Notes under the pieces: model-generated
Databases searched by the model: none
Seen by the model: only the letters and a program-made list of their open reading frames with translations
What the model was told of the DNA's origin: nothing
In this document: positions 60,339 to 64,000 of the stretch, piece by piece
Numbering within the stretch: position 1 is the first letter of the stretch
How the letters are laid out: the number at the start of each line of letters is the position of its first letter
Position numbers and translations under genes: made by a program
DNA from: an uncultured Thermoleophilia bacterium
GTDB lineage: Bacteria; Actinomycetota; Thermoleophilia; UBA2241
Direction of reading: 5' to 3'
NCBI GenBank assembly: GCA_963715985.1
Contig: CAVQSP010000008.1
Location: 96,001-160,000 of the forward strand
DNA: 64,000 nt

Positions 60339-61605
60339 GTGAACGCGTCCCGTCCGGCGCCCGTGGAGCGCCGCGTGTTCCTGGCCTGCGCGACCGTCGT
60401 CGTGCTGCACGCCCTGCTGGCGGGGCTCGTCTTCATGCGGCCGGGGGCGGCGAGATCCGATCATCTGCTCGCCGCCTTCGTCCCCACGGCCGTCGTTGTG
60501 CTCATCGCCGTCCTCTACGCGCGGCTGCCGGCCGGCGTCCGGGCGGCTGTCCGCGTTGCTGGTCGGCGTGTTCGCGGTGGTCGCCGGGAGTGTGGCCCTC
60601 ATGGGCGTCGTGCGCGGCGGCGCTCTGGCTCACGACCTCATCGGTGTCCTCGTGCTCCCGGCGGGCGCCGTGCTCGTGGCGCTGGGGGTCCGGGTGCTGT
60701 GGGTCTCGCGCAAGCGCGGCGGGCGGCTGTGGTGGCGGATCACCCGGCGTGCGCTGCTCGTCATCGCGGCGCTCCTGGTCGGGTACTGGGTCGTCCTCCC
60801 GATCGCCTTCGCCATCGTGGCCACGGAGCGGCCGCGGGAGATCGTGGCGGAGGCCGCCGTCGGCCGCCCTGCGCGGGACGTCACGCTCCGTACCGCCGAC
60901 GGCCTCGACCTGCACGCCTGGTACGTGGCCTCGCGCAACGGCGCCGCGATCATCACCTTTCCGCGCACGTGGACGCAGGATCATGCGCGCATGCTCGCTG
61001 CGCAGGGCTACGGTGTGCTCCTGGTGGACATGCGGGGCTACGGCGACAGCGAGGGTGATCCCAACGCCTACGGCTGGGGTTCCGGCGCGGACATCGACGC
61101 CGCCGTCTCGTGGCTGCAGGCACGGCCGGAGGTGAGGCCGGAGAGCATCGGGGGTCTCGGCCTCTCCGTGGGTGGCGAGCAGATGATCGAGGCGGCCGGC
61201 GCCAACGAGGGCCTCCGCGCCGTCGTGAGCGAGGGCGCCGGTCTGCGCTCTGTCCGCGAGGCGCTCGTGCGCGAGGGCCCGGACTTCTTGGAGCTGGCAC
61301 TGCAGTACCCCGCCGATCTCATGCAGACCGCGGCGGTATGGGTGCTGAGCGGCACCGAGCCGCCGCCGTCGCTGCGAGCGGCCGCGGCCGCTATCTCACC
61401 GCGGGCCGTGTTCTTCGTCTACGGCGAGGAAGGACAGGCGATCGAAGCAGCGATCAACGTGCCCTGCTACGAGGCTGCCGGACAGCCCAAGCAGATCTGG
61501 GAGGTCCCCGCCGCAGGGCACACCGGCGGCCTGGCCGCGGACCCGGCGGAGTACGAGCGCCGTATCGTGGGGTTCTTCGACCGCTACCTGCTCGGCCGCC
61601 GGTAG
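60339..61605 (+). CDS. Polytopic membrane alpha/beta hydrolase (frameshift at about 60550)
   Basis: N-terminal TM helices; DMRGYGDSEG, GLSVGG, AGHTG. Confidence 0.82.
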
Positions 61606-61672
61606 GCCGCCGCGGCACCTGTCCCGGCGCGTGAAGGACGCCGCCGCCGGTCCGGTGGCATAATCCCCGCAG

Positions 61673-62575
61673 ATGGACGACGACTTCTTCAACGCCGAAG
61701 GGTCGCGTGCGGCCCGCCGCCGGGAGCGGCGGGCTCGCGTCCGGCGGAACCGAATCATCGTGCTCGTCGTGGTGCTGGTGGCCGCCGCCGCGGCCGGCGT
61801 GGTGCTGGTCGCGGGCCGCACCGGCGGCAGCGGCGGAGGCGGCGAGGCCCAGGCCGCCGCCGTGCCCTCGGGCAGCCCCGCCGCAACGGCCCCGGCGTCG
61901 CCGGCCGCTTCCCCGACGCCGACGCCGACACCCACGCCGCCGCCGTCGCTCGACGAGCCGACCAAGAAGGACCCCATGCGCGTGTACTTCGGCGGCGACT
62001 CGCTGGCCGGCCTGCCGGGCGTGCTCTTCGCGCAGCACGGCAGCAAGAGCGGCCTCATGAAGGTGCGCACCGACTACCAGGTGTCGTCGCGGCTCACCAA
62101 CCCGGACCCGGTGGACTGGCCGGCCCGTCTGCAGAACGAGCTGGCCTCCGGGCACCCCGACGTGGGCGTCTTCATGATCGGCATCAACGACCCCGGCATG
62201 CCGATGATCGCCAAGGGCTCCTTCACCATGTACCCCAAGAAGGCGTGGCTCGAGGAGTACCAGCGCCGCGCCGAGAAGCTGATGAAGATCATGCTGCACG
62301 AGGGCGTCAGACGCGTGTACTGGGTCGGCCTGCCGATCATGCCGGAGAAGGGGCAGACGAACCAGGTCAAGCGCCTCAACCAGCTCTTCAAGCAGGCTGC
62401 CGGGCGCCACCCCGACGTGGTGTACGTGGACACCTTCGACCTGCTCGCGGACAAGAAGGGCAAGTTCGACGCGTCGCTGCGCAGCGGTGACGGCGTGCAC
62501 TTCACCGACGAGGGCGCCGGGATGATCGCCGACGCGGTGTGGGCGGCCATCAAGGCCGATTGGCGGCAGCGGTAA
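61673..62575 (+). CDS. DUF459-like SGNH/GDSL protein, membrane anchored
   Basis: GDSL, IGIND, DGVHF; Arg-rich N-terminus, TM helix and P/T linker. Confidence 0.85.
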   Translation: MDDDFFNAEGSRAARRRERRARVRRNRIIVLVVVLVAAAAAGVVLVAGRTGGSGGGGEAQAAAVPSGSPAATAPASPAASPTPTPTPTPPPSLDEPTKKDPMRVYFGGDSLAGLPGVLFAQHGSKSGLMKVRTDYQVSSRLTNPDPVDWPARLQNELASGHPDVGVFMIGINDPGMPMIAKGSFTMYPKKAWLEEYQRRAEKLMKIMLHEGVRRVYWVGLPIMPEKGQTNQVKRLNQLFKQAAGRHPDVVYVDTFDLLADKKGKFDASLRSGDGVHFTDEGAGMIADAVWAAIKADWRQR

Positions 62576-62868
62576 CGGGGCTGCGTCAAGAACGGCAGCC
62601 GCGCGTGGGTGCGCATGCGGGCCTCGCCGAGCCTCGGGCCCAGACGGCGGTCTCGAGGGCGCGCTCGCGGAGACACGCGACCCGTACACGGCCGGGCACG
62701 AGCGCCGGGTCGTGGAGCTCAGTGTGGCCATCGCCCGCGCTGGGCCTGAACGAGGAAGCAGCGGCTGCGTCGAGCCTCACGGCGCGATACACGACGTGGG
62801 CAAGATCGCCGTGGCGGCGCTCGCGCCCGCCGCCGCATCGGTCCGTCGGACGGGGTACCATGAGCAGC

Positions 62869-64000
62869 ATGGCGCCCGATCGTCCCCAGCACCGTCGGCT
62901 CACACGCCGTCAGCGCCGCCGCCGCGCGCGTCTGCGCGGGCTCGCGGCACTCTGCGTCATCATCACGGTCCTGATCCTCGCGGGTGTGGGCGTCGCGCGT
63001 CTCGTTGGCGGTGCGGACGGCGGGGAGGCCGCGGCGACCGCCTCCGCCAAGGGCTCCGCCGGCGGGCAGGCGGGCGGATCCTCCGGCAGTCCAGAGGGCG
63101 GTGCGTCCCCCTCGTCCGCCGCCACGCCGGCACCGGTGCGGGTGGTGTCCGGCGGCGACGTGATGAGCGACCGCGGCGTGAAGGCCTACGCCAAGCAGTA
63201 CGGTGCGGACGCGGTGCTGAGCGGCGTCGCGCCGCAGCTGCAGGCCGGCGACGCCGCCTGGGTCAATCTCGAGGGCCCCATCTCCACCGTCGGCAGTCCC
63301 GTGGCCGGCAAGGACTACACGTTCGAGGGCTCACCGGCCATGGCGGACGCGCTGGCCACGGCCGGCATCGACGTGGTCACGCTGGCCAACAACCACGCCG
63401 TGGACTACGGGCCATCCGCGCTCATGGACACCATCAAGAACCTCAAGGCCGCCGGCATCCAGGTGGCCGGCGGCGGCCGCGACTTCGCGGCCGCCCACAC
63501 GCCGGCGCTGGTGCAGACGAAGGCCGGCGCCACCATCGCCTTCCTCGGCTACGACGACGTCATCTGGCCGGGCTACGCCGCCACCGCCGCGCAGGCCGGG
63601 ATCGCCGAGGCGGTCACCGACATGGCGCAGGTGAAGAAGGACATCCGCGAGGCGGCGAAGGAGGCCGACTTCGTGGTCGTCGCCTTCCACTGGGGCTTCG
63701 AGTACGAGCACTACCCCATCGCCCAGCAGACGTCGGAGGGGCACGCCGCCATCGACGCCGGCGCCGACCTCGTCATCGGTCACCACCCGCACGTCCTCCA
63801 GGGCTTCGAGGCGTATCACGGCAGGCTGATCGCCTACAGCCTCGGCGACTTCGTCTTCGACCACTACAGCGTGGAGACCGGTCAGACGGTGCTCGTGGAC
63901 GCCGTGGTCACGCCCACCGGCGTCAAGGCCACGCTCATCCCCGTCTACGTGTCGAGCAACGGCATCCCCGCGGTCCAGCACGGCGCCTCCGCCAAGACCA
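62869..64000 (+). CDS. CapA (PGA_cap) metallophosphatase-fold protein (runs off the right edge)
   Basis: GDVM, NLEG, LANNHAVDYG, HWGFEY, GHHPHV, YSLGDFVF. Confidence 0.92.
   Translation, partial: MAPDRPQHRRLTRRQRRRRARLRGLAALCVIITVLILAGVGVARLVGGADGGEAAATASAKGSAGGQAGGSSGSPEGGASPSSAATPAPVRVVSGGDVMSDRGVKAYAKQYGADAVLSGVAPQLQAGDAAWVNLEGPISTVGSPVAGKDYTFEGSPAMADALATAGIDVVTLANNHAVDYGPSALMDTIKNLKAAGIQVAGGGRDFAAAHTPALVQTKAGATIAFLGYDDVIWPGYAATAAQAGIAEAVTDMAQVKKDIREAAKEADFVVVAFHWGFEYEHYPIAQQTSEGHAAIDAGADLVIGHHPHVLQGFEAYHGRLIAYSLGDFVFDHYSVETGQTVLVDAVVTPTGVKATLIPVYVSSNGIPAVQHGASAKT

Noticed and set aside
2130-60560. Programmed ribosomal frameshifting or selenocysteine recoding
   Set aside because: No slippery heptamers or consistent stimulatory structures, and no in-frame TGA at catalytic Cys positions.
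62869-64000. Poly-gamma-glutamate capsule operon
   Set aside because: Only a CapA-domain gene is visible, with no capB/capC in the window, and CapA homologs are often stand-alone.

Overview
This is a very GC-rich chromosomal window with about 60 genes. The GC level, the many leaderless starts and the anaerobic redox genes suggest an anaerobic actinobacterium, possibly Thermoleophilia (inference only). No rRNA, tRNA, CRISPR array or intact mobile element was seen. Energy metabolism comprises an acyl-CoA dehydrogenase-etfAB cluster and an operon joining a tungsten-type aldehyde oxidoreductase (AorAB plus MoaD) to a HydC/HydB/truncated-HydA (Bfu-type) module with electron-bifurcation signatures. 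Housekeeping genes are gltX, typA, rpiA and msrA, and there are six PLP enzymes, including an aldolase-aminotransferase fusion. Cell-surface glycan genes include GT87, a C5-epimerase-like protein, three SGNH proteins, a HEAT-GT2-glycoside hydrolase-receiver cluster and CapA. Other elements are tandem eukaryote-like SH3 genes, a three-member micro-membrane-protein family around typA, a decayed defence-like islet at about 23.3-25.0 kb, and several candidate cis-regulatory elements. About 13 genes carry single-base frameshifts, several in homopolymers, which most likely reflect long-read consensus errors.
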